From: Candidatus Pyrohabitans jungbluthii
GTDB lineage: Archaea; Hydrothermarchaeota; Hydrothermarchaeia; Hydrothermarchaeales; BMS3B
Assembly (NCBI GenBank): GCA_002010065.2
Contig: MTMD02000006.1
Location: 15,133-79,132 of the forward strand
DNA: 64,000 nucleotides
Direction of reading: 5' to 3'
The position numbers and the translations under genes were made by a program. The notes under the pieces were generated by a model. That model made no database searches, was not told where the DNA came from, and saw only the letters and a program-made list of their open reading frames with translations. Positions 1 to 10,120 of the stretch are shown here, piece by piece. The first letter of the stretch is position 1. Each line of letters opens with the position of its first letter.

Positions 1-301
1 GCTGGGCAAAGATGAGCAGGGAGTCGAGAATCTGCGTGTACTTTTCCTTTTCCTTACCTGTAAGCTGGGGCTCAATCGCATTGTACCTGGTCTCGCCTCC
101 CTCCGGCGGACGGTAGATGTGTACAAACACCGGCACGCCCGCAAGGTAGATTAAGTTGGGGTACTCGTCGTCCGCAAGCTCCTTTGTAAGCTTGAGGTGG
201 AAGCTGGGCATCTCATTTCCCTGGCTGACAAACTCCTGAACATAGCGCCTGAGGTGGGGATTTTCCCTCATGTATTTCTCCCATATTTGAAGCTCATTCA
301 C
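1..301 (-). CDS. flaI: Second FlaI/ArlI-like secretion ATPase, N-terminal part (runs off window)
   Basis: Hand translation from GTG at 301 gives MNELQIWEKYMRENPHLRRYVQEF...NLIYLAGVPVFVHIY...RYNAIEPQL, which aligns by eye with the N-terminus of 298..1974. GTGA start/stop overlap with that gene. Confidence 0.8.
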   Translation of the reverse strand, partial: MNELQIWEKYMRENPHLRRYVQEFVSQGNEMPSFHLKLTKELADDEYPNLIYLAGVPVFVHIYRPPEGGETRYNAIEPQLTGKEKEKYTQILDSLLIFAQ

Positions 302-1974
302 CTCTCCTCACCACCCACAGGCACAGCAAAGGGCAGTGCTTCAAGCCCCTCCTCCGTGTACTTCTTTATCAAGCTATAAACATCGAAGTAGTCAAAGATC
401 TCCCGCTTTATCATCTCCTCAATGATGCGCGTCCTTATCTCAAGCTCACGGTAGATCTCCTTGGGGTTCTCGTAGCCCAGCTTCTTCGCCACCTCCTCCT
501 CGAGGACATAGCTGTTGTAGTAACCCGAGAAGATGTGCTTGTCTGTGCGCGGAATCCACTCAAAGACCGCCCGCGTGAGTATGCCCTTGGCCTCGGGCGA
601 GTAGCCTTCAATTTCCACTATTTCGAGAACGCGGCGTATGAACTTGCCGTGATAGTAGAGAGCCTGCTGGAAGACCGCTAAGTTCAGGTTGCCCATTACT
701 ATTTGAGGCACATTTATGGGGTCGCTGGTGAAGCGCTGAATCATCTTGCGCACCGACGAGGCGTGGAAGGTTGCCATCACTGGCCTGCCCGCTTGAATGG
801 CCTGGAATGCAATCGCACCTTCCTGTCCGCGTATCTCACCAACGATTATGTAGTCCGGCCTAGAGCGCAGCGCCGCCTTAAGCAAATCCTGCATCTCCAC
901 CGTGGAGAGCGTCTTTCGCTTCGCCTTGGTCAGGCTGCCTCTGGTTATAAGCTGCTGCCAGTTCTCGTGAGGCACGTTTACCTCTGGCGTATCTTCAGCG
1001 CTCAGTATTTTTGCACTTGGTTTGATGAAGCTGGCAATAGCGTTAAGAAGCGTGGTCTTGCCGCTTGCAGTTTCGCCGCAGATGAGCACAGACATTCCAT
1101 TTTCCAGCGCCAGCCAGAGGTAGGCTGCCATCTGCGCACTCAGCGAGCCCCAGGCGACGAGCTGGGTTATACTTATGGGCACCGCCGTGAACTTTCGGAT
1201 TGTGAAACTTGAGCCCTTCTTGCTCGCATCTCTGCCGAAGATTATGTTTATTCGTGAGCCGTCTGGCAGAGCGCCGTCCACAATGGGATTGTACTTGCTC
1301 ACTGGCTTATCCAGATACTCGCTTAGCTTGTAGCAGTAGGCATCGAGGTCGCGATCGTAGAAGAACCCCACATTGGTCTCCAGAAGCTCAAACACCTTGT
1401 GAAAGATGTATATATTGCCTATGCCTATGCAGTGGATATCCTCTATGTAGGGGTCGCGGATAAAGGGCTCAAGCGCACCCAGGCCAGCCATCTCCTTCAT
1501 TATCTTGTATCTCAGCTCATCAAATTCGCGAGGCTCGACGCGCACCTTCTTTTTGAGCTCCTCCCCCTTGAGCAGCCGCTTTTTAAGGGGGGGCTTCTCA
1601 TCACCTAGGTCACAGATTTCCTCGAGCATGCGGTCTATCATGAGCTTGAACTCTCTTGGCCCTTGAGGTTCGAGCTGATAGGGCACAATTTCCAGCATCC
1701 TGTCCAAAATGCGATAGTACTTCTCCCTCAGCGCAGAGGTGAACACAGGCTCTATCGCAATGTAGCGCGCCTCCTTGGGCGTGCGCAGGATGTGCACAAA
1801 TATGGGGTCGCCCACAGGGTAAATGAGGTTGACCTCTTCCATGTCCCGCATGTCCCTGCTCAGACTCACGTGAAACTCTGGCTTGGGGTTGCCCTTCTTC
1901 ACAAAATCCTGTATATACTCCCTGAGGTGGGGATTCCTCTCTAATGCACGGGCGTACGCTTTGGCGTCTTCCAT
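298..1974 (-). CDS. flaI: Archaellum assembly ATPase FlaI/ArlI
   Basis: Walker A GETASGKTT, Walker B region RSRPDYIIVGEIRG, TFHA His-box, located downstream of flaH. ATG at 1974 preferred over the TTG at 1992. Confidence 0.9.
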   Translation of the reverse strand: MEDAKAYARALERNPHLREYIQDFVKKGNPKPEFHVSLSRDMRDMEEVNLIYPVGDPIFVHILRTPKEARYIAIEPVFTSALREKYYRILDRMLEIVPYQLEPQGPREFKLMIDRMLEEICDLGDEKPPLKKRLLKGEELKKKVRVEPREFDELRYKIMKEMAGLGALEPFIRDPYIEDIHCIGIGNIYIFHKVFELLETNVGFFYDRDLDAYCYKLSEYLDKPVSKYNPIVDGALPDGSRINIIFGRDASKKGSSFTIRKFTAVPISITQLVAWGSLSAQMAAYLWLALENGMSVLICGETASGKTTLLNAIASFIKPSAKILSAEDTPEVNVPHENWQQLITRGSLTKAKRKTLSTVEMQDLLKAALRSRPDYIIVGEIRGQEGAIAFQAIQAGRPVMATFHASSVRKMIQRFTSDPINVPQIVMGNLNLAVFQQALYYHGKFIRRVLEIVEIEGYSPEAKGILTRAVFEWIPRTDKHIFSGYYNSYVLEEEVAKKLGYENPKEIYRELEIRTRIIEEMIKREIFDYFDVYSLIKKYTEEGLEALPFAVPVGGEER

Positions 1975-1984
1975 GGCTCTGCTC

Positions 1985-2686
1985 CTATGCAACCGAGGAG
2001 ATTTCTATCACGAAGCCAACCTTTGGCTCCACCCTGAAGCCTATGGTATCGGCGACTGTCATCGACGCTCCGCGGAAGCGATACACATTTATTACCCGCT
2101 TTATGCTGCCCCCAACCTCCCTCATCTTGATGGTAAAGTAGATGTCTGAGATTGAGCGCAGTGTCTTGAGCACCTCCTCGTCCATATTGCTGGGCGAAAC
2201 TGTGACGATTATGGTCTTGTTCATGTTGATTACCTTCTTTATGAAGGAAACTAGGCTGAATATGTCCTTCTTTGTGAGCTTGTCTATTATGAGCGAATCC
2301 AGGGTGTCTATAACAACCGCCTGGTTACGGAACAGAGCCTCTGCCCGCATGAGGCGGTATATGAAGTCCTTTCTCGGCACCACCCTACCTATCCTCGGGA
2401 AAACAGGCACGAAGAGCAGCTTCTTCTCAGTGAGGTAGCTCGCCACGTTGTAGCCCAGAGAAGCCATCTGCTCCAGAAAGTCCTGCGTTGTGAGCTCCGA
2501 GGAGATATACGTAACGCTGTTACCGTTTTTCAGGAATCCGTAGAGCAGTCTCTGGGCTAAAATACTCTTTCCAGAGGCGTTTTCGCCTTCTATCACCATG
2601 AAAGAGCCAGTTGGTATGCCTTTTCCTATTCTTCTGTGCAATTCGTCTGTTTTCAGACCTATCTCAAGATATTTTGTCCCCTCCAT
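1985..2686 (-). CDS. flaH: Archaellum accessory RecA/KaiC-like ATPase FlaH/ArlH
   Basis: GENASGKS Walker A, C-terminal FRVEPKVGFVIEISSVA typical of FlaH, adjacent to flaI. Confidence 0.9.
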   Translation of the reverse strand: MEGTKYLEIGLKTDELHRRIGKGIPTGSFMVIEGENASGKSILAQRLLYGFLKNGNSVTYISSELTTQDFLEQMASLGYNVASYLTEKKLLFVPVFPRIGRVVPRKDFIYRLMRAEALFRNQAVVIDTLDSLIIDKLTKKDIFSLVSFIKKVINMNKTIIVTVSPSNMDEEVLKTLRSISDIYFTIKMREVGGSIKRVINVYRFRGASMTVADTIGFRVEPKVGFVIEISSVA

Positions 2687-2815
2687 TACTACGGTATAAC
2701 CCCTGCAGGGTTAATAAACATTTTTTTTCTGCAGTCGAAACGAGTACTGTATGCGACGTTAGAGTTTCGATTTATATTTCGAGAATCGAAAAATGATTCC
2801 CCGGAGGCAGAGAGA

Positions 2816-3103
2816 ATGAATACGCAGCGGCTTGCTTTAGCATCTTTTATACTTCTCGGCATAGTTGATGGGGTGCTCACCTACCTTGGAGTTAATCTGT
2901 TTGGCTTAATTGAGGGCAACATCCTTATGAGAACCCTCATAGAGAGGGGCTGGTTTTACTTCTTTGCGTTTAAGATAGCTGTCTACGCAACCCTCGCGAG
3001 AGCCTCGCTGTACATCTATCCCAGAATAGCGCCTCCGGTGCTCACCGCCCTGGGCGCTGGAGTGGTGATTTACAATAGCGTGCTAATAGCCTCCTCACTG
3101 TAG
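2816..3103 (+). CDS. Small membrane protein (DUF5658-like)
   Basis: Three hydrophobic segments and a D..LT..G....EGN.LM pattern; ATG 2816 follows GGAGG. Confidence 0.55.
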   Translation: MNTQRLALASFILLGIVDGVLTYLGVNLFGLIEGNILMRTLIERGWFYFFAFKIAVYATLARASLYIYPRIAPPVLTALGAGVVIYNSVLIASSL

Positions 3104-5230
3104 TGTGTACTTCCCAGACCTTTTTACCCTCTCAACAATCTCCTTCACGGTCTCTAAGTCTACGCCCAGCTTTTCCATCATGTCCCCATAGGTGGGTCTC
3201 TCGCCGCGCCTCTGGTATTCAATGTAAGCCTTTACGAATGCTTTTTCAAGCTGTTCTAGCTCCTCAGAGGGTATAGAGGAACCACTGCCTCTACCAGGGA
3301 TTTTCGGCGAGATTTTTCCAGGAATTTTCAGATTTTTTGAGAGGGGTATTCTAACATTCAGCTTCCCCTTCCTGTGGAGTACAAACGCAAGCGGGAGGGG
3401 CAGCAATAAAAGAGGCAGGAACTTCAGCTTCCTCCTGAGCTTCTTCAACAAGCCCTCTTCGCTGATATTAACAGGTATAATTAACTCTCCGGTTGATGTG
3501 GTGTAGGTGGCGCCGCTTTCATCGCGGTATATCACATCCATCGCTGGAAGCGCTATCTCCTTTACGCTGGATGTGAGGTTCCTCTCCAGAAGGGTGAAGC
3601 TGATGACCTTCACCTCCTCTTTTTTCACCTCACCCTCCCACATGCTTCTGTCCAGCTCCACACCCTCCGGCACAGCCATTTCAAAGCTGACAAATGCTGT
3701 GCTTCCGCCGATGTTGCGCAGGAGCACATTAATTGTCACGTTTCCACCCTTTGTGAAGTTGCCCTCAAAGTCCCTGTCAACTATCAGCACAGGCGGCGGG
3801 CTCTCCTCTGCGCTTGTTTTATTCTCCTCCTGCGGCTCCGCTTTTTTCTCAGGTATGCTCAGCTCCACGCTGGAGCTGTTTACCCTGTAGCTTCTGCCGT
3901 ACTTGTCATAGTAGCTTGCCTCCGCCCCCGGCAGGGTGTGGTTCCCGGGCAAGAGTGGCATGAGGAGGTAGGAGATTGCAACCTTTTTCCCAGGGCTAAG
4001 GTCACCCCGCCAGGAGGTTTTCCCTGCCAGCACCTCCCAGCCTTTGGGTATATAATCAAAAAGCTTCACATCCCTTGCGATGCCGTCACCAGTGTTCTTC
4101 ACCATCAGCGTTACGTTGACGCTCTCATTAACCACGCTTGCGCTTTTATTAATGATGAGCGCAGGCAGGTACAGCAATGCACGGTCGTACGCGAAGAGAG
4201 CATTGCCGGAGATAAGCGCCACATCCTCGCGAATGCCATCGCCGTCGAAATCCGCTAGGGTAAGTGCGTCTATCTCTACCGAGGTGTCAAACTCCCAGCT
4301 CAGTGCGCCCTCCTTAACAGCGTATATTTTTTTACCTGCTGCGACGAGGTGGTAGTCTATAACACCGTTGCCGTCCCTATCCACCGGCGCTATTGCTACA
4401 ACCTCTTCGCCCAGGTCGAGGCGCCACACCTCCTGCTTATGGGAGTCCACACCTATAACTTCGCTTCCCGCCCCAATCACGAGGTCGTCCAGTGCTCCGT
4501 CGCCATCGAAGTCTGCCGGGGCAAGGGCATTAACCTGGGCACTGGCTTCATAACTCCACACCAGCGAGGCGTTGAAATCCAGCACATCCACGCGCTTGCC
4601 ATAACCCACCGCCACATCGTTGCGCAGCATGTCTCCCATTAAATCAAGGGTGGTGATGCTCTTCACCTTGCTCGAGACAGCATACTTCCATGTATAATTG
4701 CTCGGATAGCTCTGCACCGGCAGGGCGTAGAGGTTGCCGAAGCTCTTATCGATGTGGCTGCCCGTACCAACGAGAAGCATGTCCTCGTAACCATCGCCGT
4801 CAAAGTCTGCGGTGGCAAGAGTATAGATGCGCTCACCTATGTAGAATTCCCACTTCTTGCCGTAGGAATCTATCCTCTTCTCACCCTTGGGCATGAAAAA
4901 AGCATACACTTTGCCGTTCCATACGCCAGCGACGCCGCTGCAGCCCGTGATACCAGTCTTCAGGGCAGTTAATGAATGCACGGGCGCACTGAAGGTATAG
5001 CTTCCAAGCTCTTCGCCCTTTGAATCAAAGAACATTACCTTGGTTGTGGTACTCGCCATAAGCACCTTGTACCGCGAACCGCAGTCATAGTCCACTGCGT
5101 CGAGGGAAGTGAAGTCTGTGCCAAGAAGTACCGGAAAACCCTCCCTGAGTATAAACCCAGGCATGGCTGCGTGTAACGTTCCCACAGCTGCAATATAGGC
5201 TACCAAAATATAGATTACCCTCGACCCCAT
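3095..5230 (-). CDS. Membrane-anchored surface protein: FG-GAP/VCBS-like beta-propeller, two DUF11/BatD-like Ig domains, TM helix and cytoplasmic tail
   Basis: Signal peptide, repeated ADFDGDG motifs, VTLMVKNTG and INVLLRNIG Ig motifs, hydrophobic FLPLLLLPLPLAFVL. Confidence 0.75.
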   Translation of the reverse strand: MGSRVIYILVAYIAAVGTLHAAMPGFILREGFPVLLGTDFTSLDAVDYDCGSRYKVLMASTTTKVMFFDSKGEELGSYTFSAPVHSLTALKTGITGCSGVAGVWNGKVYAFFMPKGEKRIDSYGKKWEFYIGERIYTLATADFDGDGYEDMLLVGTGSHIDKSFGNLYALPVQSYPSNYTWKYAVSSKVKSITTLDLMGDMLRNDVAVGYGKRVDVLDFNASLVWSYEASAQVNALAPADFDGDGALDDLVIGAGSEVIGVDSHKQEVWRLDLGEEVVAIAPVDRDGNGVIDYHLVAAGKKIYAVKEGALSWEFDTSVEIDALTLADFDGDGIREDVALISGNALFAYDRALLYLPALIINKSASVVNESVNVTLMVKNTGDGIARDVKLFDYIPKGWEVLAGKTSWRGDLSPGKKVAISYLLMPLLPGNHTLPGAEASYYDKYGRSYRVNSSSVELSIPEKKAEPQEENKTSAEESPPPVLIVDRDFEGNFTKGGNVTINVLLRNIGGSTAFVSFEMAVPEGVELDRSMWEGEVKKEEVKVISFTLLERNLTSSVKEIALPAMDVIYRDESGATYTTSTGELIIPVNISEEGLLKKLRRKLKFLPLLLLPLPLAFVLHRKGKLNVRIPLSKNLKIPGKISPKIPGRGSGSSIPSEELEQLEKAFVKAYIEYQRRGERPTYGDMMEKLGVDLETVKEIVERVKRSGKYTLQ

Positions 5231-5335
5231 TATATAAGGTAGCTAAAGAAGAAGCAATTATATAGTTTATTTTCACAGATATGTTTCATATGCTGAAAGA
5301 CAAGAAATAAATCCTGGAAGAAGTCCTTTCATACC

Positions 5336-5668
5336 ATGAAAGGCAGCGCCGTGCTTGTTCTGATTTTTATCTACGCTCTTGCCTCGACGGTGATAATGTA
5401 CGCCGTGGAGGAGGGAACAAAGACCAAACTTAAGACCACCCTCGAAGTGGTCTCTGCGAACAGCACCCACGTGGTTGTGAAAAACACCGGGAATAACACT
5501 GCAAGCATGCTGACCTCAACGCCCAGCGCTACCTTCACACCGCCATCAATTGCACCGGGAGAGGTGGCGGTGGGAAAATTCGACTCCCCCATCTACAGCT
5601 ACACCACAATCCGGATAGAGAGCAGAGAGGGTTCGAGCGTGGTCTACACCTACCGCGAAGAAGATTAA
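5336..5668 (+). CDS. Small pilin/FlaF-FlaG-like protein with a class III signal peptide-like N-terminus
   Basis: MKG|S followed by a hydrophobic helix, and an Ig-like VVVKNTG motif. Confidence 0.5.
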   Translation: MKGSAVLVLIFIYALASTVIMYAVEEGTKTKLKTTLEVVSANSTHVVVKNTGNNTASMLTSTPSATFTPPSIAPGEVAVGKFDSPIYSYTTIRIESREGSSVVYTYREED

Positions 5669-5964
5669 TCTTCTCCAGCATCGAGGTAGGCTTTAATCTG
5701 CTCCATAACTTCGCTGAAATCAACATCCTCAGCCAGCGAGAGTAGAGAGCTTAGCTCAACGTAGGACTCCTTAATTATGGGCTTAAGCTCCTCTGCGAGG
5801 TCAACGCAGGCTAAGACGTAGTCCAGCGCCCGGCTTAAGTCGTCAGCGTTCTGCGCCACCTTACGAATAAGCCTCACAAGCGCCTCCCGCTCCTCCTCTT
5901 CAAGCGACGACAGAGCTTCATCCAGCACCGTAAGCGCCTCGAAGTTTGGTTCTTTCCTCTGCAT
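5665..5964 (-). CDS. Small helical protein coupled to SQR (DUF1641-like)
   Basis: ATG 5964 overlaps the sqr stop; acidic and helical. Family inferred from context. Confidence 0.45.
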   Translation of the reverse strand: MQRKEPNFEALTVLDEALSSLEEEEREALVRLIRKVAQNADDLSRALDYVLACVDLAEELKPIIKESYVELSSLLSLAEDVDFSEVMEQIKAYLDAGED

Positions 5965-7166
5965 CACTCTGCACCTCCTGCATACGGAAAATCTTCTCCA
6001 CGAAGCCACAGGTGCCAGTAGAACCACCTGGAGAGGAGCTTGGCAATGTGGTTCCCTTTTGTTACTTTGTTCAGAGAGAGGGGGCCGAGCAGTGGTAATG
6101 GTACTCTGCCATGGTAGAGCTTCCTCTCATAATCGAAGCCCACCACCATAGCCTCGCTGAAACCGGTGAGTATGAAGCAGAAAGCCTCACCGCCGTACTT
6201 TGTCTTTATACCGGAGCCTGCTATATCCTCAGCCAGGTTCTTCGCCACAACCCCCGCCTGGAAGTGCGTACTCGACGCCGCCTTCGAGGTTGGCAGGTTT
6301 GCAGCATCGCCCAGAGCATAGGTGTCCTCGAAATCTATAGCGTTGAGGTGGTGCTTATCTACGCCAACATAGCCCATGGCGTCGCCCATCCCCGAGCTTA
6401 TTATTGCCTCTGAGCCCATGTGGGGAGGCACCACTACGAGCAGGTCATAGGGGATCTCCTCCCCTGTGGGGCTCCTTATTCGCTTTGAGGCAGAGTCCAC
6501 CTCCGCTAGGGGAAAGTTGGGAACTATCTCAATTCCTCTCTCCTCTGCCAGCGCTTCCAGGGTTTTCGCCACCTCAGGCTTGGAAAAAGCCTCAGGCAAG
6601 CTGGTGGTGAGTATTATCTCCACCTCTTTGCGAAGGCCGCGGCGGCGGAAAAACTCATCCGCAAGAAAGGCGAAGCTGAGCGGCGCCCCGGGGCACTTTA
6701 TGGGCATATCTGCAACGCTGATCACGAGCTTGCCCGAGGTGAAGCCGCGAAGCACCCGCCTGAGCCTCTTCGCACCCCTGAGGGTGTAGAACTCGTGCAC
6801 ATGCTCGTACAGCGCCCCGTGGAGACCCTCAACCTCCTCAAAGGCAGGTCTGCATCCAGTGGCAATCACAAGCCAGTCGTAACTCAGAACTCTGCCTCCG
6901 GCGGTGACTTCCTTTTTATCAGGGTCGATTTTCTCCACCTCGCCCCGGAATAGCTCCACATCCTTTGGCAGGAAATTAGCCACGGGCTTGGTACAGCCCT
7001 GCACAGAGTATATTCCAAAGGGTATTAAGGTAAACCCAGGCTGGTACACGTGCTTCGTACTTCTGTCAACCAGGGTTATCCTTACCTCCTCTCCCACTAA
7101 CTTTGCCAGCTTATTTGCGAGGATTAATCCCCCTGTGCCCGCGCCAAGTATTAGAACTTCGTCCAT
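5964..7166 (-). CDS. sqr: Sulfide:quinone oxidoreductase-like FAD-dependent oxidoreductase
   Basis: GAGTGG FAD motif, HVYQPG, KCPGAP and GEAFC cysteines, PTSKA. Confidence 0.85.
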   Translation of the reverse strand: MDEVLILGAGTGGLILANKLAKLVGEEVRITLVDRSTKHVYQPGFTLIPFGIYSVQGCTKPVANFLPKDVELFRGEVEKIDPDKKEVTAGGRVLSYDWLVIATGCRPAFEEVEGLHGALYEHVHEFYTLRGAKRLRRVLRGFTSGKLVISVADMPIKCPGAPLSFAFLADEFFRRRGLRKEVEIILTTSLPEAFSKPEVAKTLEALAEERGIEIVPNFPLAEVDSASKRIRSPTGEEIPYDLLVVVPPHMGSEAIISSGMGDAMGYVGVDKHHLNAIDFEDTYALGDAANLPTSKAASSTHFQAGVVAKNLAEDIAGSGIKTKYGGEAFCFILTGFSEAMVVGFDYERKLYHGRVPLPLLGPLSLNKVTKGNHIAKLLSRWFYWHLWLRGEDFPYAGGAE

Positions 7167-7479
7167 TCTTAATATCTTTCCACTTCAGAGAAGATAAACC
7201 TATCGCGACACCGCCAGACAAAAAGGTCATTCTAGTGCCAATCCTGAGCGCCTCAAAATTGCAGATTTTCAAAGAAAATGGAAATTGCATGAAAAAGATT
7301 TATGCTGTTATTTATTTTCGTTACTTATTGGGTGATGGGGTCCACTTAAACCGTCCCACGGAACTAATGACTCTAGGAGGCTGAACCGTGAAACAATCCA
7401 CTAATTGCAGAATATTATCTCTTGAGCTCCACCTTTTCGTTGCGTTGGGCGGTGTATTTCCAGTCTTTGAGGAGATAAA

Positions 7480-8520
7480 ATGGAACCTTTGAGAATTGTG
7501 CACATTTCTGACATCCACTTTGGAGATGAACTCAAGCCGGACAAATTTAAGAGGGCTGTGAAGCAGATAAACGCCCTTGAGCCAGAGCTTGTGATTGTGA
7601 GTGGCGATATCACAACCTGGGGGATTCACAGGGAATTCAGAGATGCCTATGAGGCACTGGGCGATATTAAAGCGGAGCTTTTTGTGATACCCGGGAATCA
7701 CGACGCAAGAAATGACGGGCTGAAATACTTCAGGCTTTACTTTGGCGATGTCAAGAAGTCCATAAAGCTGGACGACATGATTATCGTCGGGGTGAACTCC
7801 ACCCTGCCCGACTCTGACGAGGGCTATATCGGCGAGGAGCAGATGCACTGGGTGGAGAAAAAGTTCAGAAATAGCTGCATAAACATGCTGGTGCTCCACC
7901 ACCACGTCATACCGGTGCCCCATACAGGGAGAAATAGAAATGTGCTGATAGATGCAGGTGAGATTGTGGAGAGCCTGATGTTCCACTGTCACGGTGGAGT
8001 TGTCCTGTCAGGGCACAGGCATGTACCATACTCAACAAAGCTACTCAGAACCCACATAATCCACGCAGGCACTTTAAGCTCTTATAAGGTGCTCATGCCG
8101 GACAACAACTACAACATAATAGAGTTCAATGAGGAGTCCATCAGACTCAAGCTCAGGTTCATTGACCACGGCGAGATAGACATAGGCAGATTCGCAATAA
8201 AGCACGGCATGCCCAGGGCAATCTCTGTATATCACAGTCTGAGTTCTACCAAGAGGGTGCTCTTTGTAGCCACAGATATAAAGCAGGCAAAAAATGCTGC
8301 CAGCATCTTTAATAAACTCTCTCCAGAGAACATGCACGCAAGTGTGGTCAGCACCCAGAACAGGAGATTGGCAGAGCTGCTCGCCGGTGCAGACTATGTG
8401 GTTGGCTTTGATGAGTTTAAAAATGCGGATGAAATCTGGAAGACAGGTATTAGTGAGAAAGAAATTGAGAGAAAGGTCAGAGAGCTCGTAGAAAAGCTAC
8501 TGAGGGAGGTTGAGACATAA
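7480..8520 (+). CDS. Calcineurin-like metallophosphoesterase (CpdA/Icc-like) with a C-terminal LMW-PTP-like domain
   Basis: DIH, GDIT, GNHD, LHHH and GHRH motifs. Confidence 0.85.
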   Translation: MEPLRIVHISDIHFGDELKPDKFKRAVKQINALEPELVIVSGDITTWGIHREFRDAYEALGDIKAELFVIPGNHDARNDGLKYFRLYFGDVKKSIKLDDMIIVGVNSTLPDSDEGYIGEEQMHWVEKKFRNSCINMLVLHHHVIPVPHTGRNRNVLIDAGEIVESLMFHCHGGVVLSGHRHVPYSTKLLRTHIIHAGTLSSYKVLMPDNNYNIIEFNEESIRLKLRFIDHGEIDIGRFAIKHGMPRAISVYHSLSSTKRVLFVATDIKQAKNAASIFNKLSPENMHASVVSTQNRRLAELLAGADYVVGFDEFKNADEIWKTGISEKEIERKVRELVEKLLREVET

Positions 8521-8538
8521 ATTGTCGCAAATCTGAAA

Positions 8539-9339
8539 CTATCTCCCAGCGCGCGGACACTGTGAGTATTCACACTCGCTGCACTTTCCCCGTGCAGGCG
8601 TCACGGCACTCTCTCCCTTAATAGCCTTTACAGTCCTGAAGGCTTCTTCTACTTTATCATCCTTGCCCTTCAGCAGGAATGTTCTCGAGCCTTCACCACC
8701 CCCAAGTCCACCAGCCCCGAGCACGCAAGCCTCTACCCCAAAGAGCATCTTAAAAGCTTCTATCTCCGTAATAACCTCTCCGGCGACGGGAAATATGCCC
8801 ACAGGTATGCCTGTGGAGCGGGAGATAACGCTAATTCCTGCCTCTTTTGAAACCTCATCCAGCGAACCCGGTACGAGCTTCTCCAGCGTAACTGGAATGA
8901 TGATATCAATACCTCTCGCCTTGGCGATGCCGTAGATGCTTGCTATTGTACCGCCCACGTCGCTGGCGAGCATAACCCCTGCGATGCCTCTCGCATCCAC
9001 TGCGTTGGCGCCCTTTATGAGCACATCCCCCGGCTTCATCCTCTTTACAACAGCGTCGATGCTCTCCTTCACCCTCCTTCCTCTCTCAAGGACCACCTCT
9101 TTAAGGCGCATAGCTTTGGGCACCACGCAGGTTCCGTGCGCATCCACAAAGCCCGCGAGGTAGCGCCCCTTTTCCACTCTCTCTCCCAGAAGTTCCTCGA
9201 TAACATAGGCATTAGTCGTGCCAAGCCCTATTGCAACTATCCCTTCCTTGAGTGCCCTCTTCACCTTCGGATGCGCCGCCACCGCCCTTGCAACAAGCCG
9301 CTTAGCTTCCGCCGAGGTAAGAGTAACCTGGGCCTTCAT
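8539..9339 (-). CDS. Conserved hypothetical protein (CoA-transferase/NagB-like fold suspected)
   Basis: GTTNAY and IKGANAVD..G.AG...GGTI motifs; C-terminal CSEC..C. Confidence 0.55.
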   Translation of the reverse strand: MKAQVTLTSAEAKRLVARAVAAHPKVKRALKEGIVAIGLGTTNAYVIEELLGERVEKGRYLAGFVDAHGTCVVPKAMRLKEVVLERGRRVKESIDAVVKRMKPGDVLIKGANAVDARGIAGVMLASDVGGTIASIYGIAKARGIDIIIPVTLEKLVPGSLDEVSKEAGISVISRSTGIPVGIFPVAGEVITEIEAFKMLFGVEACVLGAGGLGGGEGSRTFLLKGKDDKVEEAFRTVKAIKGESAVTPARGKCSECEYSQCPRAGR

Positions 9340-9359
9340 TAAAAGTGCAACCTCCCTTC

Positions 9360-9638
9360 TCATGTTCTCTCTGCAATGTGGTCTATTCTGCAACCTGTAT
9401 CCTCTGCCAGCTTCTTAACAGTCTCCAGAGCTTTCTCGCGTTCTTCCTTCGGGCCAACGAGATAAAACCGCATTATGGATGGCATCTTCTCCTCTATCCC
9501 CGCCTTAAGCGCAGCGAAACTAACCTCCACGTGCATTACTTCAACATCAACATCGCGAAGCGCCTTCTCCAGCTCAAAAATCACCCCTTTTTCTAGAATG
9601 TGCCCCACCATTCTAATCTCTGTCTTCGGCTCAAGCAA
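9360..9638 (-). CDS. Hypothetical protein (ferredoxin/ACT-like)
   Basis: 92-aa ORF after GAGGTGG, same operon as 8539..9339. Confidence 0.5.
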   Translation of the reverse strand: MLEPKTEIRMVGHILEKGVIFELEKALRDVDVEVMHVEVSFAALKAGIEEKMPSIMRFYLVGPKEEREKALETVKKLAEDTGCRIDHIAERT

Positions 9639-9698
9639 AATACCACCTCTAAAGTTTTATATCCCGCAGCTAAATATAATCCTTGCGCAGGTGTGAAC

Positions 9699-10076
9699 AT
9701 GAAGAAACTCACCGCTAGGGAGATAATGATTCCAGAGCCTGTAATAATCTCACCCAGTGATTCCGTATCTAGAGCGCTGCTGGAGATGACAGTTCGCGGG
9801 ATAGGCGGCTTGCCCGTGGTAAGCGATGAGGGCGAGCTTCTGGGCATGATAACCCACCGCGATTTAATCCTCGCCGGCAACACCGCTGAACAACTTAGGG
9901 TTAGAGACATAATGAGTACTAGGGTGGTTGCAATTACACCTGATACGCCCGTAAAGAAAATTGCGGAGATGATGCGAGACACGGGTTTGCAGCGCCTGCC
10001 AGTGGTGGAAGGAAAGAAACTCGTGGGCCTGGTTACTCAGAGCTGCCTTATAAGGGTGCTTGCCGAAATTTTGTAA
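9699..10076 (+). CDS. CBS-domain pair protein
   Basis: Two LPVV...L.G..T repeats; ATG at 9699. Confidence 0.85.
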   Translation: MKKLTAREIMIPEPVIISPSDSVSRALLEMTVRGIGGLPVVSDEGELLGMITHRDLILAGNTAEQLRVRDIMSTRVVAITPDTPVKKIAEMMRDTGLQRLPVVEGKKLVGLVTQSCLIRVLAEIL

Positions 10077-10120
10077 TTTTTCAGCGATAAGTTTAATACC
10101 TGTCTTTATCTCCCATATTC

